Shown here piece by piece: positions 47,966 to 57,193 of a stretch of DNA of 64,000 nucleotides (within the stretch, counting starts at the first letter, position 1; each line of letters opens with the position of its first letter). This DNA is from a virus. Below the pieces are notes generated by a model. The model worked only from the letters and a program-made list of their open reading frames with translations, made no database searches and was not told the origin of the DNA. The position numbers and the translations under genes were made by a program. The stretch covers positions 32,001-96,000 of the IMG/VR virus record IMGVR_UViG_3300034418_006779. One strand, 5' to 3'.

Positions 47966-48703
47966 TAGAATAAATCGTTAAAAGATTCAACGGACTGAAT
48001 AAGTTTGTTAGCCTCTTTAATGTAGTAATCATAATTGATCTCTACGTCTTCTAACTTCTCATCAGTAATAAGATTGAAATCCGATAAAAGATTTCCTACA
48101 TAGACTCCTATCTTACGTCCATCGGTGAACCGCTTATACATCGGCACTCCTGATTTCGATACGATTAGCCTATTGATCCGCTGCAGAGGGGAATCCTCAC
48201 CATCTAATTCGTGGCAAAGCATGGACGTTTTTTTACACCTAACGAATACGAAGAAGTCTTCGACTTTATCGTGGTTCCGTATAGTGACTTCGACCGGCGT
48301 GCCATTCTGCACATACTCTTGTACGGCAATGGGCACAACGCGTTTGCTGTGGTCTTTATTTATCCATTTATTAACCTCGAACGCACCCTTTTGTTTAAGC
48401 TTTCCAGACGTCGTGATCGCACAGTAATTATTTACGTTTGCTACAAACATCTTTCTATATGTTTCATACTCAAGGGTAAGGTTGGTGAGAGACTCCCACT
48501 CCTCGCAGATCTTGATGATGGCGTCGTAATCGACTTTCGAGATTATACACTCGAGACCATCAGTGTTGGCCATGATGACCTGGGCTCCTGCTTTTGTAAG
48601 CTTTTCAGCTAACATGGCTAAGAGCAACTGCCCATTAATGGTAATGGACATTGTAAATTGGCGGTCATATAGGAATGACCATTTGTCGTTGGATTTACCG
48701 TAA
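47965..48703 (-). CDS. family B DNA polymerase, exon 3
   Basis: (V)YGKSNDKWSFLYDRQFTMSITINGQLL...ANTDG...VNNY...KQKGAF; begins after the omega-G at 48704. Confidence 0.92.
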
Positions 48704-49794
48704 CAGCATAATCACATATTTCTATGTGGGCTGGACTATATCATCATCCCATAGGGATGGAGGACGCTCTAGCTGGTTATTAAGAACACTATAGTTCTCC
48801 AGTAGTCTCTGCACGTTCCTGAAGTGTACCTCAGGCTTCGCTCAGGATTGCCATACCTTTCGGCTTAGGTTTCCCTGAATTCATCCTCTGCTAACTCAAC
48901 TATTACTAGCTGAGAGGGCTTACTGAAAATAGTAATCCTTTGTAAGGTTTTCCAGTTTTAGTTGCTTTATTCACATTAGGCGCACGTAAAATATGAGCAG
49001 GTAATCCGTTTCTCCCGTTAGGGTTTCGAAGAATCATGTGATCAATTAATTCAAACGATTTTTTCAAGGATTGTCGCTCAAGCTCTGCCGCAGAAGTATA
49101 CTTACCAAGTAGAGTTTTAGATTGGTTATACACATAAACATCAGGCACTCTAGCTGAGAATGCTTTTTGTCTTTGTTTACGTCCTTTCTGACTAATCTTT
49201 CTTGTTTTCGCTGCCGCAGAAAGCTTTTTATTATGCGCTTTCGACATTTTCTTTCCTGTATTCCATACGGGTTTCAACCACTTAGAAACCTGCTTTTGGT
49301 ATTTTTCGGGAACGTCTTTTAATCTAAGTTTAGACGCCTTCACTTGTTTAAAGTATTTTCGAGCTTTCTTGTTGAATTCTCGAAGACTTTTACCTCTATC
49401 TTGTAATTGCTTAGAGGTTAAATGAATAGAATCTGTCGCTAATGGATTAATATTAAATAACATATTCCAATCTCTAGAATCAATATACTTTTGCTCGATA
49501 GCAAGACATTGATTCTTTGGAACACGTTGTAAAATACTAAATTCAAAGGCTTCATAACCATATTTATCAAAAGCATTCTGAAGATGCTTATTCTTATGAG
49601 TTTTATTCTCTAACGATAAAAAATGATGATAGATCCTTTTTGCAAAACTAACTCTGGTAGACCCTATGTAGGATTTACCATTCTCTTTGCACTTTATCTC
49701 ATATATTCCTGTATTCATAATAATCATAATTTAATATAATATACTATAAACCACAGTTAAATACAATAAAGATTGCTGATTTGTGCAAAATCAA
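48704..49794 (-). mobile_element. group I intron 2 in DNA polymerase (1091 nt)
   Basis: P GAATTCAGGGAAA, Q AATCCTGAG, R GTGCAGAGACTA, S ATGATATAGTCC. IGS GTTGAGTT (48900-48893) pairs with exon AACTCGGT ending in U.G. The intron ends in G and splicing restores LNSV|YGK. Confidence 0.92.
48906..49727 (-). CDS. intron-encoded GIY-YIG homing endonuclease
   Basis: TGIYEI...SYIGS; NUMOD3-like PVWNTGKKMS..HNKKLS. Confidence 0.92.
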   Translation of the reverse strand: MIIMNTGIYEIKCKENGKSYIGSTRVSFAKRIYHHFLSLENKTHKNKHLQNAFDKYGYEAFEFSILQRVPKNQCLAIEQKYIDSRDWNMLFNINPLATDSIHLTSKQLQDRGKSLREFNKKARKYFKQVKASKLRLKDVPEKYQKQVSKWLKPVWNTGKKMSKAHNKKLSAAAKTRKISQKGRKQRQKAFSARVPDVYVYNQSKTLLGKYTSAAELERQSLKKSFELIDHMILRNPNGRNGLPAHILRAPNVNKATKTGKPYKGLLFSVSPLS

Positions 49795-49953
49795 ACCGAG
49801 TTTAACGCAAGCTTGTACGCCCCGTTTCTCGGATCACTTTTGGGAATAGACTTCCGTAGCTTATACAAGTCCTCGTATACATCACAGAACTTCTCTGAGA
49901 GATGCTCGGGAAATAAACGATTTTTGATTGCTAGGTTCGGGTAGTATGAACTT
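49795..49953 (-). CDS. family B DNA polymerase, exon 2 (159 nt)
   Basis: (V)SSYYPNLAIKNRLFPEHLSEKFCDVYEDLYKLRKSIPKSDPRNGAYKLALNS(V): end of motif A through motif B. Confidence 0.92.
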
Positions 49954-50883
49954 CATACCTGTTAATCTTCAGTTTCCTGAAGTGTCGGACTATATCTTTA
50001 GTTCTTTCTTCCAAATAAATTGCCTATAATGAGGTTTATACCCATTGCAAGCATTATATATGCTGGAAGCAGTAAAAGTTGGATTTTTTTCTAGAATATC
50101 CTTCATAGAAGGATAAGTATTTAACAAAGTACCTGATGAATCATATTGATGAAAAATGTATTTCTCTTTACTTTTTGAAAGTTTTCTCTTCATTACTTCT
50201 TTTTTTTCTGGGTTGTCTTCCCAGAATTTCTTGAAGAATTTAGATACTTTTTCTCTTTCTTTTGGGTCAGAAAAACGACGTTTGCCACTTTCAGATAGAA
50301 GGTCTCTAGTTTCTTGAGCAGGCATTAATCCTCCTTCAGAATCTAGTCTAAGATTATAACCATGCTTTCTGTCTAAAGAATTAAAACACTTCATCCAATA
50401 TAGTTCTCTTTTAGAGAGATCATCATATTCTGCGTATTCAATAACGAAATATTCAAAATTAGACTCTCCATGCTTATGCCAAGAATTGATTAGATAACGA
50501 TTCTCATCCTTAGATTTCCTATTTAAAGATGATTTATGAGCTTGTATTCTTCTATAGACATCTACAGATTTACCAATATATACTTTATTAGTTATTTTAT
50601 TTCTGATACAGTAAATACCAGATTTTTCCTTGTGTTGTAATTGAGCTTTCATACCTTAATATAAGGTATTATTCTCATAGTTACAACTTATTACCCAACT
50701 AATTGAACTACCGGACGCTTTTTCACACAAGCATTACCATGTGCTACTTCCTGTTATTAAGCCATATCGCTATAGCTCAGGTAGTCTCTGAACGTTCCCG
50801 CTCTGCGGGCTTCGCTGCTGATTGCCTTATTTTATAACTTAGGTTTCCAGCAATTCATCCGGTTAGGACGCAAGTTCGTTTTT
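49954..50883 (-). mobile_element. group I intron 1 in DNA polymerase (930 nt)
   Basis: P AATTGCTGGAAA, Q AATCAGCAG, R GTTCAGAGACTA, S AAGATATAGTCC. IGS GAACTTGCGTCC (50877-50866) pairs with both GGACGT (P1, U.G) and AAGTTC (P10). Omega-G at 49954. Confidence 0.95.
49990..50652 (-). CDS. intron-encoded GIY-YIG homing endonuclease
   Basis: SGIYCI...VYIGKS...GYNL; C-terminal NUMOD1/IENR1-like HTH. The stop codon overlaps the intron S element. Confidence 0.92.
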   Translation of the reverse strand: MKAQLQHKEKSGIYCIRNKITNKVYIGKSVDVYRRIQAHKSSLNRKSKDENRYLINSWHKHGESNFEYFVIEYAEYDDLSKRELYWMKCFNSLDRKHGYNLRLDSEGGLMPAQETRDLLSESGKRRFSDPKEREKVSKFFKKFWEDNPEKKEVMKRKLSKSKEKYIFHQYDSSGTLLNTYPSMKDILEKNPTFTASSIYNACNGYKPHYRQFIWKKELKI

Positions 50884-51851
50884 ACGTCCACACTTAGGAT
50901 CATCTGGTGATCTTCTGGTTCATGAGTTCCAGCCACAACAGCGTGTAATCCGCCGAGGGCAAAAGTATAAACCATACCGCCAAATGCTTGGTCGATAGAG
51001 ACTTTATCTTTCGGCCCTAACAACATCTCTCGATATTGATCAAGGACTCCCTGAAACTCTGGCGCATCGAATTCTACGTAATCCAGAATTATATCATTCA
51101 CGATGATTTGATCTCGCTCCGTTTTCCACTGACGTAGAACAGAAGGAGGGAGATTTAATGCTTTCGACATGTAGTCGAGGAAAATCCGTTCCCCGATTGA
51201 GGAATTTGACGCATTGAGGAAGTTATAATGGTATTCCTCCATTAGTACCTCACGCAACTCAATCATAGCTTGTGTATCTTCCTGTACCTCAGGCTTTTTA
51301 AACCAGAGGAATTTTTTTGTAGCGTTGACATCATTCCAACAGTACTCAATTAAGTCGTTGGCCTCCTGCTCAGAAACAAATTGACCGGGGTCAATCGGAA
51401 GCTCCTGAATATTGTGGAAGCCAATCGCAGCCTCAACGGCTTTGAGTGACATCGATCTAGCTCTGTTGTTAAAATGCCATAATCTCCATAGGTCCAAGGA
51501 ATAGAATACGCGATCAGCATCGGAAACCTTCCTAACTTCATTATTAATAATTCGGTCAGATAGTTCCTTCAACGTCGAGCAAAATTCTTTTGGAGAACTA
51601 CCCATAAGATCTAACGCCTTGTGGAGAATAATATCATCGTAACCGACGCTATTAAAGCCCACAAAGAAATTGTCTTCAGCTAAAAATTTCAGCAGTTCAA
51701 GAATTTCGTCAATAGGTTCATTTTCATCAAAAGGATCGTACCAAACAGTAAACTGCCGGGTGTCCTCTAACGACTCCTCTGCCCTAACAAAGTTAGCACA
51801 GAAGAAATTATGATATACTTCTATATCATAAACCCACTGAGTTAGGTCCAT
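50884..51851 (-). CDS. family B DNA polymerase, exon 1 (3'-5' exonuclease to motif A)
   Basis: YDIE, GFNSVGYD, YCWNDV exonuclease motifs, GGLH, SVDV. Spliced product is 1866 nt = 621 aa. Confidence 0.93.
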
Positions 51852-52177
51852 AGTTGATGAAGTTCGTTAACTGATAGAGCCCATACGGGCCTTGATTTAT
51901 TACGCTTAAAGGCTTCCCATGTCTGAAGCAATTTCTTGCCTGCATCAGTGATGCGAAATGGGCCTTGGTTCGTGGAATAATAATTCTCTTCCATGAACCC
52001 CTTCTGAAGAAGGTCTTTCACACATTTGGTGATAGTCCTATCATAGGACGAACCACCAAATAAGACGCGATACCCTTGCTTCTCTGGCTCAGCTTGGAAC
52101 AAAAGAAGAGTTCTTAAGTGCCTAGCGGCGAGCTTTCGATGCTTGAGTCGCGACAGGAACAATTTATATGATGACAT
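51842..52177 (-). CDS. winged-helix DNA-binding protein
   Basis: CVKDLLQKGFME...FRITDAGKKLL is a typical wHTH wing. Confidence 0.6.
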   Translation of the reverse strand: MSSYKLFLSRLKHRKLAARHLRTLLLFQAEPEKQGYRVLFGGSSYDRTITKCVKDLLQKGFMEENYYSTNQGPFRITDAGKKLLQTWEAFKRNKSRPVWALSVNELHQLWT

Positions 52178-52189
52178 GATTAGATACAA

Positions 52190-52220
52190 ATAAGAAAGGA
52201 CTGCCAGAGACAGTCCTTAG
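52190..52220 (-). terminator. terminator-like hairpin
   Basis: AAGGACTG-TCTCTGG-CAGTCCTT-TCTTATTT on the - strand. Confidence 0.6.
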
Positions 52221-52229
52221 GTTATTTTT

Positions 52230-52805
52230 CTATGCAGCTCTGGCACGGTTTTGAACCCATTTGCCTAGCTGTATAATGCGGTCTCCAGTTTTAACCACCA
52301 GTGACCTGATTTTGTTATCAGGTTCGGGGGGAAGAGGTTCTTCGATTTGGACTCGTCGAACCGGCCTTGGTCTGGGAACTACCGCAACAGGCCCAACATC
52401 TGATGAGGGCCGCTCTTTCTTTCGTTTTCGAACTACTGTATCGAAAGACTCAATGCCCATATCCGCTGTGGGATCAAGAAGGGTATCGAAGTTCTTTCCA
52501 GTAAGTTCAAGGATGGCATCCTTAATGCCGTTGAAGGCAATCGTATCGTGCTTGGTCTTCGGTGGATGCTCAGGGAGCAGTTCTACCACTGCTGTAATAC
52601 AATTCTCTATTTCAACGACATCTCTGTCGTCCTCCATTAAGTCAAGTTGATCATTGAAGAAATGAAGGACAACTTCATAAGCACGAAACACTTTGGGTTG
52701 ATTCAAGACCTTAGTCTTGTAATCTCTCTCAATGCGTTGAAATTCCTTGAACTCCTCAGGAGACATAGTCTCTCGATAAGGATCGAAATATGGTTGCTTA
52801 TTCAT
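52230..52805 (-). CDS. hypothetical protein (ends RARAA)
   Basis: ~191-aa ORF. Confidence 0.7.
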   Translation of the reverse strand: MNKQPYFDPYRETMSPEEFKEFQRIERDYKTKVLNQPKVFRAYEVVLHFFNDQLDLMEDDRDVVEIENCITAVVELLPEHPPKTKHDTIAFNGIKDAILELTGKNFDTLLDPTADMGIESFDTVVRKRKKERPSSDVGPVAVVPRPRPVRRVQIEEPLPPEPDNKIRSLVVKTGDRIIQLGKWVQNRARAA

Positions 52806-52828
52806 GATCAATAATTAAAGTATAAGGT

Positions 52829-53089
52829 TTAGTCCTCTTCTACAGGAACCCCCTTGTCTTTACACACCTTTTTGTACTCTGCATAAAACTTTTCTTGCAC
52901 CTTTTCAGGAGCATAATCGTCCAGTTCATGTTTTTCCATTAAGTCCATGTAGATACCACAACGAAGCAGATTTTCATATTTTTTCTTCTCTACTACGTGG
53001 TAATTAGGGGCTTCAAAATTCTCATTATAGAAGTCAATGAGTTCTTGTATTCCCTCTGCGAAATCATGTTCTTGCTTTTTCTTAGCCAT
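52829..53089 (-). CDS. hypothetical protein
   Basis: 86-aa ORF. Confidence 0.7.
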   Translation of the reverse strand: MAKKKQEHDFAEGIQELIDFYNENFEAPNYHVVEKKKYENLLRCGIYMDLMEKHELDDYAPEKVQEKFYAEYKKVCKDKGVPVEED

Positions 53090-53095
53090 AATTTG

Positions 53096-53443
53096 TTAGA
53101 TTTGTATTTGGAACAGCTCGTCGTCAATGACTTCCAATACGTCAGAATAATTCTTTTGTAGGTTGCTTAATTCTTTTTCGTATTTCTTTTTTCTGAGCTG
53201 TAGTTGTTCAATTCTTTTATTATATTCGGAATCAGTTTCTAATCTCTTGGTTGTTATAATAAGGTTGGCATCATCGATATCATAGTCATCCATGAAATAA
53301 TCATATTCAACGTCTATTTCACACGACGTATCTTCACCATGTTTTTCAATCAACTCATTAATGTAATCTCTGAAGCTTCGTAAAGTCCAGTCACCAATAA
53401 TAGAAACCGAGATTTCCTCGTCAATGTAAATTTTTTCAGTCAT
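53096..53443 (-). CDS. hypothetical acidic coiled-coil protein
   Basis: RLETDSEYNKRIEQL; ATG 53443. Confidence 0.7.
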   Translation of the reverse strand: MTEKIYIDEEISVSIIGDWTLRSFRDYINELIEKHGEDTSCEIDVEYDYFMDDYDIDDANLIITTKRLETDSEYNKRIEQLQLRKKKYEKELSNLQKNYSDVLEVIDDELFQIQI

Positions 53444-53500
53444 AGTTATATAAATAAACCCCCAAGACACATTACATGCCTTGAGGGTGTTTTTTATTTC

Positions 53501-54199
53501 TTATTTTTCTGCTATGGGGTTTTGAGGGTTAATATCATCAATGAATACATACTTTCCGCTGTTGGGATCAACAGGTTCATACTTCAACGTTTCTTCGTTG
53601 AACTCGTGGATCTCATAATGAAGATGTGTAGCTGTCGAGGAAGTCCCCGTACTGCCTATAATACCAAATACTTCAGCTGCGTTGATGAAATCACCGCGCT
53701 TAATCGCTTTCGTCTTACCTGTCGTAGTGGATGGGTTATAACGTAAGTGCATGTACTTGATAATTATGTTGTGTTCTTCATTGTGTATTGCAACTGTCCA
53801 ACCACTTTTCTTGTAGTATTTTACAGAAATGATCTTACCGTCTGTTGACGATCGGATTGGGTTCAGTTTATTGGTACTACCAAAATCTAAACCTTCGTGA
53901 TTTCTTCTGACTTTATATACAGGGTGGACCTGTAAGCCAAAGGGACGAGTTGTATATGCTTTATCCACCTCTTTCAATGGGTGAATAATAATTCGACTTT
54001 TCAGTTCAGCTAACTCAAGACGTTCCATCTTTACACTGTCTTTCAACGCTTCGATTTCTTGGTTAGCTTGGGCAGTTTGCTGTTGATATTCAGCTTTCAC
54101 CTGCTCAAGTGCTTCCTCGTATTGACTACTATTCCAGTAGAATACGCCTCCAACACTTGAACTCAGGAGTAAGCTAATACTCAGAACAAGTGCTTTCAT
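53501..54199 (-). CDS. M23 family peptidase with N-terminal signal/TM and coiled coil
   Basis: HPVYKVRRNHEGLDF (HxxxD), YMHL, GSTGTSSTATHLHYEI (HxH). Confidence 0.9.
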   Translation of the reverse strand: MKALVLSISLLLSSSVGGVFYWNSSQYEEALEQVKAEYQQQTAQANQEIEALKDSVKMERLELAELKSRIIIHPLKEVDKAYTTRPFGLQVHPVYKVRRNHEGLDFGSTNKLNPIRSSTDGKIISVKYYKKSGWTVAIHNEEHNIIIKYMHLRYNPSTTTGKTKAIKRGDFINAAEVFGIIGSTGTSSTATHLHYEIHEFNEETLKYEPVDPNSGKYVFIDDINPQNPIAEK

Positions 54200-54342
54200 A
54201 TGTATGATTTGTGCTACTCTGAACGTCCAGAGCGCGGGGTTGGAGGAACTACCTACTGAGGTAGGTAACTAGCTGTTCGGTAATTCCCGAACACGATTCT
54301 GTGTTCATTTGTTTAACGACTGAGAACGTTTCAGTCGACCGC

Positions 54343-54831
54343 TTATTGAAGCTTAGACATCTCTAGCTTAGACCGAAGCTCGGTCATTGTAGCAGGAGAT
54401 TGACTAATACCAGAAGAATTTATCTCCTGGATTCGTTTCTTCAACACTTTCAAGAGGTGCTCAACGGTTCCGGTTGTGAGGTGTCGTGACGCCTCCTCTA
54501 GGAACCCCTCTCGCTTCGATGCGAGGTTAAGCAGTCTGGATATGAATGATCCAGCTCTTTCTACGGAGTTACGAAGAAGTGTGTTGATAAAACGAACAAA
54601 GTTCATTCTGCCAACATTATATGAATTATCCATCATAGATAATCCTTTCTCTGTAAGTCTAAACGGGTTTTCAGAGTCGATATAACCCTGTTCTTGGAGG
54701 AACGCTAGTTCATCCTTGAAAACTAAAAGAGTTTCTTCAATTTGGTCTCGGTTTTCTATCTTGTAGAAAATCATCTTCAGGAGACCTTCGTAAAATTTGG
54801 TTTGGTAAAAGGTTAAGTTAACTTCGTTCAT
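54343..54831 (-). CDS. winged-helix domain protein
   Basis: LAFLQEQGYID...FRLTEKGLSM. Confidence 0.6.
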   Translation of the reverse strand: MNEVNLTFYQTKFYEGLLKMIFYKIENRDQIEETLLVFKDELAFLQEQGYIDSENPFRLTEKGLSMMDNSYNVGRMNFVRFINTLLRNSVERAGSFISRLLNLASKREGFLEEASRHLTTGTVEHLLKVLKKRIQEINSSGISQSPATMTELRSKLEMSKLQ

Positions 54832-55435
54832 CTAATTCATCTTCATTTGAGATTTTAGTTTCTATAAAATCCGGATGAAGGGGGTATCTCTCTTCAACTG
54901 GTTTGCTATACCAGCTCATGAAAGATTCACCATTATACCATCTAACTTTAGTAAGCTCTTTATCGAGGTTTATTTGTACCACGTCAAGAGGCTTCTTCTG
55001 TTTAACAGGCTCGTAAGTTCTATCGAAAGAACGAGTAGCTGAGACCTCAAGAATTTTAACATTCTCATCTTGGTCTGGGACAGTAATGTTCAAAGAGTCA
55101 TCTACAAACTCCACACTGTACGAATCTTTGAAACGTAGTGGCTGTCTGTATCTGGTCTTTTTTCCATCTTCTTCAGTTTTTTCAAACAAAGCAATGACTT
55201 TGCTAGTATCATTGGTAGGTCTGAATGTCCGATTATGCAGAGCCCAGTCAGAGGCGATTCTTTGATCTTCAATGACTTTTCTCTTTTGTGCGGAACTTAA
55301 TTTTCTCCACTCATCCGGTGAGTGAGATTTTCCATCATTCAAGTTATTTAGCCAAGCTAATACTTGACGGATAGAAAAATTCAAGTTGTTGTGGACTATC
55401 TCGTAGTCCTTAATAGTAGGTTCAGTAAATTTCAT
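54818..55435 (-). CDS. hypothetical protein
   Basis: ATG 55435 after an A/T-rich leader. Confidence 0.7.
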   Translation of the reverse strand: MKFTEPTIKDYEIVHNNLNFSIRQVLAWLNNLNDGKSHSPDEWRKLSSAQKRKVIEDQRIASDWALHNRTFRPTNDTSKVIALFEKTEEDGKKTRYRQPLRFKDSYSVEFVDDSLNITVPDQDENVKILEVSATRSFDRTYEPVKQKKPLDVVQINLDKELTKVRWYNGESFMSWYSKPVEERYPLHPDFIETKISNEDELDERS

Positions 55436-55561
55436 TTTGTCTTCAGTTAAGGGTAAAAAATAGTAAAAGACGATATAAGATAGCAAAAAGTTGGAACAAA
55501 ACCAAGAAATTCTTGGCTTTGCTCCTCACGTCTTTATTCAGGTATCATGATTCTACAGGGA

Positions 55562-55834
55562 TCAGGCAGGCATCCCCCCTGAGGGGAGAGTTCCAACAAC
55601 TACAAGTCGTCGGAGGCGCTGGCTAATATCAACTAAGGCATCCTCTGGGAGCGTAGCTACCAAAGGAGGTGTATGCAAGACCTTAGGAGGATTCTCCCAA
55701 GGTGGAATTGCAGGGGAAACGATTTCCGTAGCTGTGATAAGAGGGGGATGGGATGTGTCTTGGGTTGGGGGTCTTGCGATCCCCAGACTGAATGCCATCA
55801 GCAATGCTAATAGCAAAATTTGTAATCTTTTCAT
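55562..55834 (-). CDS. small secreted Pro-rich protein
   Basis: MKRLQILLLALLMAFSLGIA signal peptide. Confidence 0.6.
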   Translation of the reverse strand: MKRLQILLLALLMAFSLGIARPPTQDTSHPPLITATEIVSPAIPPWENPPKVLHTPPLVATLPEDALVDISQRLRRLVVVGTLPSGGMPA

Positions 55835-56037
55835 GTCAATCACTTGTTCAGTGTTCAAATTTCTTCACAGTGTTGTATCGGGGTCGGTAACGACATTAAC
55901 CGATCTCTTCTACTTAACTCTCAATTCGGCATCGTAAGGGGTAATGCAGCTTGATCCGCAGATCTTCTGCATCCAGCCTTCGTAATCACTTAGAGAGTGG
56001 TGGGACAAAGTCCAGTACATTTCCGCAAATTAATGAA

Positions 56038-56517
56038 TCACGCAGCCTTTTTCGTCTCGTCAAGACTAGCTTCCGCAAGCTGTTGCTCGCGCTCCCTAGC
56101 CTGCTTTTGCTGCTCCAGCCTTACAATCTGCTTCCGGTAAAAGGGTTTGTTCCCCCCTGCACGAATATTACGTCTCCTGCTAGCACGGTTTTCATCGAGG
56201 AGAGAGACGAACTTCGTACGATTCTGCCGTAAAAGAGCATTACGCTCGGCATCATACACAGGAGTTTCGATTGGGACAATCTTTACATTCCGGTTCGCCT
56301 TGATTCGAGCTCGCTGAGCAGCCCTTCGCTTCAGCTCTTTCTGATGAGCCTCCTCTGCTGCTAATTTATTTTTTCTGTTCTCGAGCTTAGACTTACTCCT
56401 GTTACTCATACGAGCAAATAGGAGAAGTTGGTCAATAAACTTTTGAGATCTCGTCAGGAGATAATTACCTCGAAATCGAGGTCCGCTTTTCTTGCGTTCA
56501 AGTCGTGATTTACGCAT
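56038..56517 (-). CDS. highly basic hypothetical protein (ends KKAA)
   Basis: 159 aa, R/K-rich. Confidence 0.65.
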   Translation of the reverse strand: MRKSRLERKKSGPRFRGNYLLTRSQKFIDQLLLFARMSNRSKSKLENRKNKLAAEEAHQKELKRRAAQRARIKANRNVKIVPIETPVYDAERNALLRQNRTKFVSLLDENRASRRRNIRAGGNKPFYRKQIVRLEQQKQAREREQQLAEASLDETKKAA

Positions 56518-56962
56518 TAAATAAATTGTTTAACGGATTAAAAGAAAACTTAAAAGTAAAAACGGGCGCGAGTGAGTGATTCACTCTAACCGGAGGTTCT
56601 ACCCTCTGGGGCCCTTACCAGTTACGGGTTTTTAAACTGGCGCAGCCCAGGACTCACACATCTTATCAGAGTCACCAACACTCCAAGAAAAAGAATATTG
56701 TCCCTCCAAACGCAATGGCATCGGTTATACTCGCGCCGGTATCATTGTTCAATAAAAAGAAGGGGGGCTATGCCCCAATAAGTCAGATGTTCTATGACGA
56801 CTTCGTCCAGCTCCCTTTCAGGTTTTCCCACTCCACAAGGAAGTGTTGAGATAGGCGAAACTCTCTCGAGCAAGTCGTATCAGGATGCTCGTCTTCTGTC
56901 CATTCCGGACCTGTTCAGTACGTCAACATATAACTCCTGCATGATTAGTACAGTTTGCCCCC

Positions 56963-57029
56963 TATCGCCGCTCTACCAGATTGGCGTACTCCTAAATAGG
57001 AGAGAGGATTCGAACCTCCACATCGACAT
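56963..57029 (-). ncRNA. circularly permuted tRNA-like element (YrlA-like topology)
   Basis: UGUCG-AUGU-GGAGG UUCGAAU CCUCU-CUCCUA UU UAGGAG-UA-CGCCAAUCUGGUAGAGCG-G-CGAUA: T arm, looped acceptor stem, D arm, closed by a 5-bp stem. Confidence 0.7.
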
Positions 57030-57193
57030 TGTAATTAGCCGACTCCACGATATTTTAAGCGCACGGCGAGTTCATAACGCTCGCGCCCCTTGCGGGGAAA
57101 ATACAGTCGTCAGTCCGGGACGTGACCTGCCTACGTACGCCGATCCCGAGGATCCCGCCCTGGCTTGCGCTCAGAGCTTTCGAGAATTTCTCT

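Noticed and set aside
50832-50883. C-terminal KTNLRPNRMNCWKPKL of the 339-aa ORF as real protein
   Set aside because: This is read-through into intron 1 (IGS and P element).
55900-56020. 36-codon ORF (MYWTLSHH...) or structured RNA in the 55860-56037 gap
   Set aside because: Both readings are weak and cannot be distinguished from sequence alone.
56740-57029. Two-piece (permuted) tmRNA
   Set aside because: The acceptor stem lacks G3.U70 and CCA, is closed by a 2-nt loop, and no tag ORF ending in AA was found.
57100-57120. Hammerhead ribozyme core CUGACGA on the - strand
   Set aside because: No stem II followed by GAAA in the required position.
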